The notes under the pieces were generated by a model. It was given only the letters and a program-made list of their open reading frames with translations. It was not told the origin of the DNA and did no database searches. The translations under genes and the position numbers were made by a program. Below are positions 48,248-59,798 of a stretch of DNA of 64,000 nt, piece after piece; position 1 is the stretch's first letter, and each line of letters begins with the position of its first letter. Source of the stretch: Schizosaccharomyces osmophilus (lineage: Eukaryota); the NCBI RefSeq assembly GCF_027921745.1, contig NC_079238.1:3906001-3970000 (forward strand), written 5' to 3'.

Positions 48248-49402
48248 TTATTTCTTTTTAGAATCTTCATCTGCCTCTTCCTCATTGTCAGACCGACTAT
48301 CAACAGCACCTTCACCGGAAAAAACACGATATGCGACTTTGACAATCATGCCAAACCAAATGTAAATTAAAATCTGCAAAGAGAAAAGAAGAAAAATGAA
48401 AGCGTAGTATACTTTCTCATTAAATATATAACCTTTCGAAAGGTCCACATGGAATCCGCCTATAATCCTAGGAGCGGATATTACCACGACTTTAAGGATT
48501 CTGTAAAAAAGATAATGTCTTGAATATATCCAACTTGCCATAAAGAGACCAAATAAATAATCACAGATTTTACCACACCCGAGGTATTTTATCATTTTAG
48601 AGCCTGATAGAATGTAGTCTGATAAATCGAAAATGTATAAAATGGCATTACCAACTCGAAGGAAATTAAAGCAATAGCTCAAACTAATTAAAGAACATGT
48701 GACAATATGATGTGCAAACATTTGCCAATGATCAGCGCGGCGTTGTTCCACGTGAAGGACATACAATTGCTGTAACCAAAATCCAAACTGAACAAGGTAA
48801 TAGAATTTGAAAAGCTTAGACATATAATACTGGGGATAGTGTTCAAAAAGTTGTTCTTCGTGACCCCAATATCCACTAGTACGATAGATGTAACACCCAA
48901 GTACCCAAAAGACGAGGTAATACAAGAAGCAATACCCTTGCTCACAGAATCGAATAACAATTTTTCGTTTCCGGATTCCGTAGAACAAAATGAAAGGGCG
49001 AAAGCAATAATCCATAACAACGCTTCTGATAGCAGTAAAAATAACTACCCAAAATAAAGAAAAAAGAAGATCTTTGGGGCCTTTTCCGTAAACGCCCGAC
49101 GATTCTTTATAGGACAAAACCACAAATGGTTCAGCATAGGGCCTTGTCGACGGTAAATAATAAAAAAAGATGCTTAACGAAATAAGAGCTAAGGTGATTT
49201 CTTTTTGCCATAAAACAAGAAATAAAGGAGCTTGTACTAATTTTTTGCCATCTCTTGCTACGAAATTTCTCCGATCTTCTAAAGAGCATCTAAAAAAAGT
49301 ACTGTCGTCACCTATGTGAACAAGATCTTTAATAGAATCCTGGCCAGTAGTCTTTGTACGAGTAGGCTTATGTTGTTTTCCTTTCGAAGCTTTTTTGGTC
49401 AT
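48248..49402 (-). CDS. lag1: Ceramide synthase Lag1
   Basis: YGKGPKD, RFCEQG and the Lag1 motif RRADHWQMFAHHIVT...FDLSD; D.RSD.E tail; first ATG at 49402. Confidence 0.9.
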   Translation of the reverse strand: MTKKASKGKQHKPTRTKTTGQDSIKDLVHIGDDSTFFRCSLEDRRNFVARDGKKLVQAPLFLVLWQKEITLALISLSIFFYYLPSTRPYAEPFVVLSYKESSGVYGKGPKDLLFSLFWVVIFTAIRSVVMDYCFRPFILFYGIRKRKIVIRFCEQGYCFLYYLVFWVLGCYIYRTSGYWGHEEQLFEHYPQYYMSKLFKFYYLVQFGFWLQQLYVLHVEQRRADHWQMFAHHIVTCSLISLSYCFNFLRVGNAILYIFDLSDYILSGSKMIKYLGCGKICDYLFGLFMASWIYSRHYLFYRILKVVVISAPRIIGGFHVDLSKGYIFNEKVYYAFIFLLFSLQILIYIWFGMIVKVAYRVFSGEGAVDSRSDNEEEADEDSKKK

Positions 49403-50972
49403 AGTGGATTCGGACAAACAAAGTAGATGTATATAGTCTTAGACAACTTTCAACTCGAATGAAAATGAAAATGCTCGTGTATCGGTTCCAAAATAAAGAT
49501 TAAAACAAAGAAAGAGAAAGGAAAAGGAAAAGGAATATGAAATGCAAAATGCAAAAAGAACGGAAGGAAGACTGAGCACTCGTGTAGTGTATTCAAATTG
49601 ATATTAAGAAACAAAAACTAGAAAAGAAAACAATGTTAATAAACCCCTCACCTAAAAGAAGAATGCGCAAACTTGCTTGTCAAAGTCAAGCCATATATAT
49701 TTTGAAAATTCGTCAACAGCTAATGACGCTTCCTTGCCGTCTTCTAATAAAAATGTCGCAATGGCAACCATTGCTTTTAGATTAAATTATGTAGCGAAAA
49801 TAACAAAAGCGGTAACTTGTGACGGAACCACCACTTTCTCATTGAAAACAAAAGTATCTAGCTACAATCTATAGTAATTCGCCCTGCGTGTGGGAGACTC
49901 AAAACAATATCCATTCGGCTTTGGAAGCTCTCTGTTTCTCAAAGTCCCAATTTGGATCCGGTTTTCCCTTTTATGACAAAAGACAAGACATTCCCAAGTA
50001 TTGTGCAGCAACTTCTCCTACGAAAATGAAATTCGTCAGTTACTTACCAAATAAAACCTTAAGAATTGTAGAAATCCTATACCGCGAAAATCGTAAGTGT
50101 AAACGGCAGAATGCTTGGCGTCTGGGATGACTACGTGGTCATTATTTAAGAACAGAATACGAAAGACTGTGTTACTTAGGGCGTTACTTGCCTTTTTAAT
50201 ATGTTCGATCAGCAAGTGACCAGTTACTTGAAAATGTTACTTAAAATTTGTCAAAAAATGAAATGAGCAGAAATGCCGACAGCTTGGGCGGGAATAAAAG
50301 TGCTTCTTTCATTCAATTGTACGAACTATTGGACCTATGTAGGTGAGAATTGTGATGCGTATTACTGGCCGACTCCGGAAATCGCTAAAATAAACATGCG
50401 CACCCCTTGAAATATACTGCCACTTGAGACCTTGTAATAATAAAAATGGGCTAAAGCTATATTTTTTAAAGCAGAGGGTCTTGCTTGTATTGCAATTCTG
50501 CTTGAAGTGTATTCTTCAGCCAGCTGTGTTTGATGGTTACGTTGTAATGTGGAAAGTGACATGCCTAGACCGGGTATACTTTTTTTACTAAGAATAGAGT
50601 CTTCATATAATTGTTGCTCCAACAATAGAACTACGCTTTGTTCATGTTAATTGCACGGCAGTTGATTGAAAGGTAGGCTAAGCTGGAAGAAGGAATAAAT
50701 CCTAGCGAAAATTAAAAGAGTTGTAAAGACAAGTTTGGACTTTGAGACTTTTTCAAGCTGGTGCCAAAGCATGGTACTTCACTTTGCTCCACTGTGAGCC
50801 ATTCCCTTGTGGTCAATCCTTTTTAGACTAACAAAATTAGTTTATTAGGTTCGTACATTCTGTTAAATAACATAATGTATATTGTCATTTACAAGTAGCA
50901 TGTCACTCAATAAATGAAACTGTTACAACAAAGATTTTACAACTTGCACTGGGAATTTTTCACAAAACCAGA

Positions 50973-52382
50973 ATGGCGGGTTGGAAGCTTCCCTCATGGG
51001 CGATGTCCAAATCATTTTGGATCGCCGTATCTTCGTCAGTTACTACAGCTGCTGTAATTTTTGGTACGTTGGAGTCTAGGAAGCATCGCTCAATCCAACA
51101 CTTGCAATCGATGATTGTAAACGATTCAGGCAAGAGTATTGAGCTTTCTCCTTCCGGTGCTCTCTTAGAGGATGGAGAAAACGTTGATGAAAATCAAATT
51201 GAAACAGATGCGAAGATTCCTTATGACGAGGACCTAATTCGCGAGCAGCTCGCTCGCAACTATGCTTTTTTTGGTGAGGAAGGTATGACAAACCTTCGTA
51301 ATTCCTTCGTTGTAGTCGTAGGTTGTGGTGGTGTTGGTAGCTGGGCAACTGTGATGTTGGCTCGCTCAGGTGTACAAAAGATTCGCATTATTGATTTCGA
51401 CCAAGTTTCTCTTAGTAGTCTTAATCGTCATGCTATTGCCAATCTTGAGGATGTGGGTACTCCGAAAACCTTGACTCTAAAGCGAGCTATTAAGCGTTTT
51501 GCTCCATGGATTGAAATTGAGGCTTGTAATACACTTTACAGTCCTGAGTCCGCTGATGAACTTCTTTCCGGAAATCCATCCTTTGTCATTGATGCCATTG
51601 ATAATATTCAAACGAAAGTGGATTTATTGGCTTATTGCTACTATCACCAGATTCAAGTTATTGCTTCCACCGGCTCTGCTTGTAAATCCGATCCCACTCG
51701 TATGAACATTGCCGATATTTCTGCTACCGCTGAGGACCCCTTGTCTCGTGCCACTCGCCGAAGATTGAGACTTAAGGGAGTTATGGAAGGGATTCCTGTT
51801 GCCTTCTCTTCTGAAAAACCAGATCCTCGTAAAGCTACTCTGCTACCTTTAGCTGAAGAAGAGTTTGAAAAAGGAGATGTCGATCAATTAAGTGCTTTAC
51901 CGGAATTTCGCACCCGTATCCTTCCCGTAATTGGACCCATGCCTGGTATTTTTGGTCTTACTCTTGCTACTCATGTTTTAACGAGAATCGCAAAGTATCC
52001 TATGGATCCCATTTCCACTCAAGTTCGTCCTCGTCTTTACGAAGAAGCCGTAAAGCGTTTACACGCTGAAGCCAGAAATGCAAATGTACGTTTAGACAAA
52101 ACTTTTAATTCCTCCGAAATGTCTTATATTATTGAAGAAGTATACTGTGGTCGAAGTGCCCTTATCCCCCGTGAGACTCAAAAAGTAAGTGTGGTCCGAT
52201 GGAACCCTCACTTGCCTTTCGAGCATACAAATCTTGTAGCTATGACAAGAGACGAAGCACGTAAGCATGAAGCTACTGTTTTAGACACTCAGGTTGATCC
52301 CTCCACCGTCTATCCTAAAGAGGTCATCGACGTCGTCAATAAGTTCTTGCACCGTTTGAGAATCTGGAAGATGCTTTATTAA
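50973..52382 (+). CDS. tcd1: tRNA threonylcarbamoyladenosine dehydratase (ThiF/MoeB family)
   Basis: N-terminal TM, REQLARNYAF, VVGCGGVGSW, DFDQVSLSSLNRH, DAIDN motifs. Confidence 0.9.
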   Translation: MAGWKLPSWAMSKSFWIAVSSSVTTAAVIFGTLESRKHRSIQHLQSMIVNDSGKSIELSPSGALLEDGENVDENQIETDAKIPYDEDLIREQLARNYAFFGEEGMTNLRNSFVVVVGCGGVGSWATVMLARSGVQKIRIIDFDQVSLSSLNRHAIANLEDVGTPKTLTLKRAIKRFAPWIEIEACNTLYSPESADELLSGNPSFVIDAIDNIQTKVDLLAYCYYHQIQVIASTGSACKSDPTRMNIADISATAEDPLSRATRRRLRLKGVMEGIPVAFSSEKPDPRKATLLPLAEEEFEKGDVDQLSALPEFRTRILPVIGPMPGIFGLTLATHVLTRIAKYPMDPISTQVRPRLYEEAVKRLHAEARNANVRLDKTFNSSEMSYIIEEVYCGRSALIPRETQKVSVVRWNPHLPFEHTNLVAMTRDEARKHEATVLDTQVDPSTVYPKEVIDVVNKFLHRLRIWKMLY

Positions 52383-52697
52383 AATATCCTGGTATTCTTG
52401 TTTTCTTTGTTTACTATATTTTTTTATATCATTAGGTAGGAGGTATAGGTGTAGGTGCATTCAATTATAAGACATGTCAATTTCTGTCGGTTTAATATGT
52501 TATTCAAATATTATTCTTTTCTTTTTTATTGTTAGATATGCTGAGTAAATAAAGAAAAAAAAGAGATTTTTTTTGAAACATATTCATTTCGTTGATTCAC
52601 ATTGTTACTTTCTGCTACCTACTATTGTTCATAAGAAGTAATAACTTGTAGTGAATCCCTACTGAACAAGCAGTGTCTTCGATTCTATAATTCCTAC

Positions 52698-54227
52698 ATG
52701 TCGAGCTCAAGACATCTTGGTTATCAGGATGAAGCCTTTTCTGAAAAAAGATCTCGCTTCTCCCGTGATTCGGCTTCTAAAGAACGTCCCAGAGAGTCTC
52801 GGACATACCGAGAAGACGATAGATCTTTGAGCCCTCCAGCTTATAAAAATCGTTCTTCTTTTAATAACGAAAGTGAGAAATCTACCCAAAAACCACCTTT
52901 GGACCCAGTGGAAGCTGCTGCCGCTGCTGCCAAACGTGTTGCAGAGTCATTACGATCTGGAAGATCCTTTGATGAAGAAGAAAAGGATGCTAAGAAAGAA
53001 CAGAATTCAGAGAGTTCTGTCCCACTTCCCAATGCACCTGCTCCACCTCTTCCTCCTAATTCTCAGTCTGAGTTGAATGATTTGGTACCTCCCTCTATAG
53101 CTGATATAGCGGGGAAAGTTATTGAAGGGGAGGAAGTTTTTACTATTAATGTTGAGATAAATAATGTGAAGAATCGCTATATACTCGTAAAATCTTCCAC
53201 GTTATCTGAAATTGAACATAAAAGTGGAGTTCAGTTGTATTCTAAAGGCCGCTATTACCCAAACAAAGCTCTAGCTTCTGATCGAGACCCTCCTTTATAC
53301 CTCCATATAGTAGCAAGTTCCACAGAGGACTTGTCAAAAGCTCTAGCGGAATTAGAATCTTGGATACATAAAGACATTGGGCCCCTCGTAGACGAAAGAA
53401 GGTTTCGAAGACGAGATGATATGGATCGTAACCCATCTCAAGGTGCATCCCCTCAGGGAAACTCGATTCCAAATGAATCTCAAGGAATGCGTAAACGATG
53501 GAATGAAGAAAAAGTTTATATCAATTTGACACCTACTAAAGGTTTCCATCTTCGTCAAGCAGTGGTCGGTCCTCAGGGTGCTTATGTAAAACATATTCAG
53601 CAAGAAACTCGTACTCGCGTACAAATAAAAGGACAAGGGTCTGCTTTTATTGAACCTTCTACTAACCGAGAATCTGACGAACCTCTACATTTGTGTATAA
53701 TGAGCCACGATATGAACAATATTCAAAAAGCGAAACCATTATGCGAGGATTTGATCGCCAATGTACATCAACAATACCAGGCTTGGAAAACCCAGTACAG
53801 AGAAGGCGGTCAAGGATCACAAGCATACAAACAGTCCAATCGTAACCATTACTCTAACCGCTCATCCAAGGCAGAAACACCTAGCAATCATGGAACTCCA
53901 CCAATATCCAATGTCTCCCCTGTTGCTAACTTTAGTGCCCCTACGTCGTCTACGTCGAATGTTGCACCTGCCACTTCAATCCCGGCAGCGGCTTATCCTC
54001 CAGGTACGTCTCCTGCTGTTCCCATGGTTTCACCTGGTATGCCCTATGTATATGGGGCTCCTGGAATGTCTGGTCCTCCAGGAATTGATGCTCCGGGCGT
54101 TGGTATCTCAGCTATGTCTGCTCCTGGAGCAGATCCATATGCAGCTTTTGGAGGTTATAATGCCTATGTTCAATACTACCAACAACAAATCTATGCTCAA
54201 AGTCGTGGGGCGAATCCACCCCAATAA
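52698..54227 (+). CDS. KH-domain RNA-binding protein, KHDC4/BLOM7-like
   Basis: EINN..NRY.L, KGRYYP...DPPLYLHI, VVGPQGAYVKHIQQET..RVQIKGQGS; C-terminal DPYAAFGGYNAYVQYY. Confidence 0.85.
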   Translation: MSSSRHLGYQDEAFSEKRSRFSRDSASKERPRESRTYREDDRSLSPPAYKNRSSFNNESEKSTQKPPLDPVEAAAAAAKRVAESLRSGRSFDEEEKDAKKEQNSESSVPLPNAPAPPLPPNSQSELNDLVPPSIADIAGKVIEGEEVFTINVEINNVKNRYILVKSSTLSEIEHKSGVQLYSKGRYYPNKALASDRDPPLYLHIVASSTEDLSKALAELESWIHKDIGPLVDERRFRRRDDMDRNPSQGASPQGNSIPNESQGMRKRWNEEKVYINLTPTKGFHLRQAVVGPQGAYVKHIQQETRTRVQIKGQGSAFIEPSTNRESDEPLHLCIMSHDMNNIQKAKPLCEDLIANVHQQYQAWKTQYREGGQGSQAYKQSNRNHYSNRSSKAETPSNHGTPPISNVSPVANFSAPTSSTSNVAPATSIPAAAYPPGTSPAVPMVSPGMPYVYGAPGMSGPPGIDAPGVGISAMSAPGADPYAAFGGYNAYVQYYQQQIYAQSRGANPPQ

Positions 54228-54486
54228 TTGATATGGGATTAATTGGTATATGGGCAATGGACGACTATCATAGTGAAAAGGCGTATTTTACGTAACCCTA
54301 AAAAATACATTCGTTTTTTGAATTTAGTGTTTATTTCTGTTTGTTTAGTGTTTAATATAATCATCCGTCTAACTGATTTTATGAGTGTGACCGATTAGCT
54401 TGTAGCAGTATCCTGTAAAAATAACAGAACCAATAACAACAATGATTAGTAAATTAGGGATACAGAAAAGAAAGGTAGCTCTATTT

Positions 54487-55366
54487 TTATGGTGCATTTT
54501 CTTTGGCTTGCGCGCGGACACGCCTTTCGTATTCTACTTTGTCTTTTCTGATTTCATTGAGATTAGCACTTGGCAAAAGCAATTCATGTAGAAAACATAC
54601 TTGAACATTGTATAAGCCTCGGTTTGAGCTGGGGAAGCAATATTGGGATCATTCAATAAATCTTGAATCCCTAGTAAGATCTGAAACAGAATTTAGCAAT
54701 GACTTTACAGAATAATCAAAAGAACATACTTGTTTAATGGTGATAGCAGGCTTCCAACCTTCTTCTTCATTTAAGATAGAAAGACAAACAGTGCCAGAAG
54801 GATAAACATTTGGGTGGAACAAAGGTGGAGTAAATCTGCCTATAATAGTGTTAGAAAAGCTGGGTTAAGACAGCTATTGTAAAAAGCAGTTGGAATCGTA
54901 CACTTTGGAGGACGCGTTGGGTATTCTATGAGACACATGGTTAGCACAAACAAAAAAAGAAAAAAAAAGAGGGAAAATGCTGCCCAATTCTCCTGTTGAA
55001 AATGAACGCTTTGGTGCTTGGCGAATTAGATGGTGATTCGCAAGATGGGCAAGTAATAGGGCGAGCATTAAAGGTGTCGGAAGTATAGAGACATACCTTC
55101 AGGGAAAGTCATAGTTAATTTATAGAGACCTCCTTCCCAAGAAGTTTTAGGTTTACCAGGAATTCCGACTGTCCAGTTCATTAAGTCAAGACCGCCATCG
55201 GGGGATTTGCTAGGCTTTGCAAAAAAACCCTAAAGTAAAGTATTAGTACTCAAATCCAAATGAGTGAAATTAAAAAGTTGCTTTTTCGGGTATCACTTAC
55301 AAATGGGTGGTCTCTCCTCCATTGTTTGCGCTCCTCTTGAAGTCGAGTTTTACAAAGAGACGACAT
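54487..55366 (-). CDS. hus5: SUMO E2 Hus5/Ubc9, 6 exons
   Basis: Spliced [24 protein letters not shown]...[16 protein letters not shown]...[11 protein letters not shown], with five canonical introns. Missing from the ORF track. Confidence 0.95.
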
Positions 55367-56291
55367 TCTTAATCAAATTTTAGATCCAATTTAGGTATTA
55401 TTTATTTGCCAGGACCGAGTTTTGGATGTCAATGCTTGGTAAATGCTCGAATTTTGTGGGTAGTGTGGATTAAAAAAAAATGGCAATCTTCGTACAGAAA
55501 TTTTAATGGTGATTCCTGATGTCTGTAACAGTACGAGAAAAGCAAGACAAAGATTTTAACTTTTAATTTTAAAATAGTAAAGAATTACAAGATTCCTTTA
55601 CCAGTATGGAGTATGATATTTGTAGTTTGCTGCCTTCATTCAATTCTACGTAGAATCAAACCTCCCTTGCTAAAAAAAAAAAGAAAAAAAAAAGCATTTT
55701 TATACATCTCATTCTATTCCACCAACATAAAATAAAGCTTATCCTCGTCCTGTTTCTATTTGCAAGAAGGCTTCAGAAATATGGGTTCTAACAGGACCTG
55801 TTAGTTTCAAGCTCAAACGCTGGAAAGGATATCAGCATATGAATCAACCACTCAAATGAAAAAGAAAACCTATTGAAATGAAAGGATATCTACTCCCTGT
55901 AGAAAAGCAAACCGCCTTTTTTTTTCCAAATTTCCCTTGTTTATTAATGAACCCGAACACAGGTACTTTAGTAAATAATTCTAATACTTTCGATAAAAAA
56001 CAAATCCATGTTTGTATCCTAATCCATTTATTTATCCTAGATATACAAATGAAATCTACTTATAATTCTGGGATTGCCCATGAAGCAGTACGCAGCGCCA
56101 TATGTATCATGGCAAAGTTCATCTTGAAACAAATTCCAAAAGTTCTCTTCGTTTAATACTAACTTTTCTTTTGATTATGAAATCCGGTTTGCATAAAATT
56201 GTCAATTTTCTGTTCCATTATTCAATGATGCAAGACATACAAAAGTACTTGTTTGAATATAAAGTTTTTCTTGACAAAAGAATCAACATTA

Positions 56292-56389
56292 GTCAGTATG
56301 TCCGAGTGGTTAAGGAGTTAGACTCGAATTCCACCATTCGAGGCATCTAATGGGCTCTGCCCGCGCAGGTTCAAATCCTGCTGCTGACG
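56292..56389 (+). tRNA. tRNA-Ser(CGA) with 16-nt intron
   Basis: Acceptor GTCAGTA/TGCTGAC; anticodon arm TTAGA-CT CGA A[intron 56329-56344]A-TCTAA; long variable arm; T-loop GTTCAAATC. Confidence 0.95.
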
Positions 56390-56398
56390 GTATAAATG

Positions 56399-56470
56399 TG
56401 CGCGGTAGGAGAGTGGAACTCCGACGGGCTCATAACCCGTAGGTCCCAGGATCGAAACCTGGCCGCGCAA
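56399..56470 (+). tRNA. Initiator tRNA-Met(CAT), second unit of a dimeric gene
   Basis: 72 nt; acceptor TGCGCGG/CCGCGCA; three G:C pairs in the anticodon stem; GATCGAAA T-loop diagnostic of initiator tRNA. Confidence 0.95.
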
Positions 56471-56482
56471 TTCTTTTTTTTA
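56471..56482 (+). terminator. Pol III oligo-dT terminator
   Basis: TTCTTTTTTTT immediately after tRNA-iMet; no T-run between the two tRNAs. Confidence 0.8.
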
Positions 56483-56930
56483 TTCTTTATTTTGTTGCAT
56501 AAAATTCATTGTTTCTCTTTTCTTGCTAATGTTGGTTTACTGCGTTTCGTCGTGTTTTAAACGTACTTTCTCTTTTTTTAGAGTAGCTTCAGTGTCTTGT
56601 TTTTGGTCATCCTCATTTCAGTGATTGTCCTACTCCATCTTAAGAATCCACGCATTCCCACAATTGCCGCTAGACTTTCTCTAAATTTTAAACGAAATAA
56701 GTCTAGTCTTCTAAAGGTATCAGAACAGGGGCTACACGTCCTCACTTTTCATAAACAAGTTGGCTACTCATACATTATGTTTTCGCTCAAGATTCACCCA
56801 TAATTCCCCCAAGAACTACTTATTCTACATTACCACTCTTTTTGTTACATCGCCAAACTACTTTTCAGCTGCTTCCTTCTACTTCTTCCATCATTTCCTG
56901 TTCTTAAAACCGATACTTCATTGATTGTTT

Positions 56931-57310
56931 CTAAGCCTTCTTGCCAACTTCGGCAACGGTGAGAGCTGATACATTTGTTAGTAATTTGCAAAGAAACGAT
57001 AACAAGCAGAATATACAAGCAAAAAAAATTTTGTATGAAACCATTCCACATTTTTTTTCACATACCAGGAGGAAGAGATTGACGAAGCTTCTCGGCCTTC
57101 TTGGCATCAGCGACAACCAAAGTGTAGAGGTACTTGGAGCAGCGAAGCTTGAACTTAACGTCCTTGTTTTGGTTCTTCTTCACACGGGCAGAAGTCGCAT
57201 CACCTCTGTGAGCAAGCTGTAAAAAGAGCTTAATATCAGTGACCTGGCGAGGCTATAACACGACGCATTAGCTTCTCATCTAAATCATTACAATAAATCT
57301 CACATACCAT
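56931..57310 (-). CDS. rpl38: 60S ribosomal protein L38 (eL38), 3 exons
   Basis: ATG-only first exon, then [59 protein letters not shown]. Confidence 0.93.
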
Positions 57311-57381
57311 TTTATCGACTTGCTGGGTAACTTGCTGTGCACAGAATCGAGTTGAGTTGTTGCGTTGTGTCCTATACACCA

Positions 57382-57389
57382 TGTGACTG
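57382..57389 (-). promoter_or_regulatory. Homol-D box of a ribosomal protein promoter
   Basis: Perfect CAGTCACA on the minus strand, 72 bp upstream of the rpl38 ATG. Confidence 0.8.
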
Positions 57390-57909
57390 CTTTTTCACTG
57401 GGTCCAACACTTTGGGCTATTCTAGGCTGGTAGTATGAAGATTCGGGTTTGTTTTTCGTATCAGTAATTTAATTTACATTAAAAAAAAAAAAAAGGATAT
57501 ATAATGTGAAATGAATTTGTCCTGCGGGTAGTTAGGCGTGTGCCACCTTTGAATAGAGACAGGATGGTGCATACAAATATTGAGAGAATTTATAAAATAT
57601 ACTTCATTGTTTTTATGCAAACAAACCAGAAAAACCTATTCCTAAAATGATGTTTACTCAATTGATTAATCAACACGAATTGCTTCGATGTATTCAATGT
57701 CAAAATGAAGTTATTATGTACAAAACGAAAGTTATCAAAGTATTATTTAAAAACAAAACCAAAAGAACACAAAAAAAAACAAAGAATTAAGAACTGAGAG
57801 AAATAGCAGAGAGTATGAGTTCATATTGTGTCCTTTCGTATTAAAATTCATGCATAGTCCGGTTCGCTTGGGATAGTCTCAGCTCTATTTGAGCTTTCGG
57901 CAATAAATA

Positions 57910-59238
57910 TTATATACACTCACAGGCGAACTCTCGGTGGGTCGTTTCAAATGTCTTGAGACCGTAATAATGGAAGCCTATACCAATTATAATAGCAATA
58001 TGCCACAATTGATGGCTGTTTCCCACGATGTCAAATATGCCAGGACTTAACTTTTCAGGTATGTGTAAAGCATAAAAAGTGACTCCGATAATATAGCTAA
58101 AAATAGACATGAAAACAGGTTTCAAATAAATTAACGTTCTCATTGTGCCTTGGATATAACACATCGTAAGTAATGGTAAGAATCCACTGCAGGCTAAACC
58201 AACAAAGAAAAAGATTTTAAAGGAACGATGATTGTAGTCATTGAACCACTTTTTCCAAGGCATATATATTCCTATACATCCAAGCGACCCGGTAATGGCT
58301 ATGTAAAGTACACGAAATATGCTGTGACATTTGAAAGCATGGAACTCAACCGCAATAATGGAAGCAGCAATGAGTGCTGAAATACCCACATAATCCATGC
58401 ACGCCGCACGTCGCATATGCTCATACTTGGACAAACTGGAAAATGTGTGCCAGGTAACTGAGCACGCTAAGCATTTCATCGCGCATACTAGAAAGAAAAC
58501 ACGGACAATTCGATTAGATACCGAAGACGAAATCCAAGAAGTAGACGATGGATAAAAATATGATGTGACCGTGAGGAATCCAAGAAGTGCAACTAGATGG
58601 GTCCAAATATTTAACGTTTCATTATGGAAGGCAAGTATAGAGCGAATACATCGGCGTTTACTGGAATAGAACCGATATCCTCGAACAATGAAAGGGTTAT
58701 TTTTCCATTCCAAAGGAACTTCTTCTATATGAAGAAGCCGATTCTCACCTGCACGTATGGCTCTTTGGAGTTTTTCTTTGGTATCTTCAAAAATTTCACC
58801 AACTGTTGTTCGACTTTCAACACTAGCTATATCTTCCAAATCAGACAATAAATTTTCCAAAACAATTAAGGCTTTCAACACTTTCGAAGGAAATGAATCA
58901 CATGCAGCCAGGACGTCCTGGTACTTTTCCTCAATCATCCGAAGAAAATACATAACCTGGTTCTTCCCCAAAATGGTACTTCCGATAAATGAATTTCGTA
59001 GTCTTACCAATATTTCATAGGTAGTATTTGGTTCCTCTATTGTTGGAAGTCCTACCTCTTCAATTCGCTTCATTCGATCCCCTAAACGACTGAGAAATAG
59101 ATCAAACTTGTAAACAACGAATTCTTCTGGAATATCACCTCTTTTTCCCTCAACTTCGTATGAAGAATGTCGCCGGCCATGGGCTCGTTTCTTGACTCCT
59201 TCTGCCCTGTCTGCCCCGGACAATTGTATTTGAACCAT
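57910..59238 (-). CDS. izh3: PAQR / haemolysin-III family membrane protein, Izh3-like
   Basis: NPFIVRGYRF, HNETLNIWTH, S..WHTF, DYVGIS, PEK..PG.FD..GNSHQLWH motifs. Confidence 0.85.
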   Translation of the reverse strand: MVQIQLSGADRAEGVKKRAHGRRHSSYEVEGKRGDIPEEFVVYKFDLFLSRLGDRMKRIEEVGLPTIEEPNTTYEILVRLRNSFIGSTILGKNQVMYFLRMIEEKYQDVLAACDSFPSKVLKALIVLENLLSDLEDIASVESRTTVGEIFEDTKEKLQRAIRAGENRLLHIEEVPLEWKNNPFIVRGYRFYSSKRRCIRSILAFHNETLNIWTHLVALLGFLTVTSYFYPSSTSWISSSVSNRIVRVFFLVCAMKCLACSVTWHTFSSLSKYEHMRRAACMDYVGISALIAASIIAVEFHAFKCHSIFRVLYIAITGSLGCIGIYMPWKKWFNDYNHRSFKIFFFVGLACSGFLPLLTMCYIQGTMRTLIYLKPVFMSIFSYIIGVTFYALHIPEKLSPGIFDIVGNSHQLWHIAIIIGIGFHYYGLKTFETTHREFACECI

Positions 59239-59798
59239 CTTTGCAGATCTATTTGATTCTTATTCTCACCGTTCGACCTCCTTTTGAAGGCTGTCAATTC
59301 TACGTCTGTACGCTTCTCAAAAGAATGCAATCCTTGGATTCTCGTCGACGTTTGAATTGGCAGAGTACTTGGCTTTTGGCAACTTCACTACATCCGTGGG
59401 AAGAGATACTTTGCCCCACAAAAGCGTAGTTTGTTGGCCTAAATAATATTCTTATAAGAGATACCCAGTATAATGCTAAGGAAGATATATATCAACGAAG
59501 AATGTAGACGGCTCAAAGATAGCTACGTAAAAATGATGGATTGGCTTTGTTTATATAAATGTAAACAAACCAAGAAAGAAACCATGCAACACGAGTTTCG
59601 GGGTTCAATAAGGAAATTAAGCAGTTATTTAATAAAAAACTTATCCGTAATTATTTAGAGTCATCATAAAGGGATGGATTAAATATTATCTGAAACGACT
59701 AATTTACATAATTAAAGTACCTGAACTGATACATCATAAAATCGAAAAGAGAAAGTTAGGAAAACGAAGTCAATTATCCAAGCGAATAAAAAGTCTAA

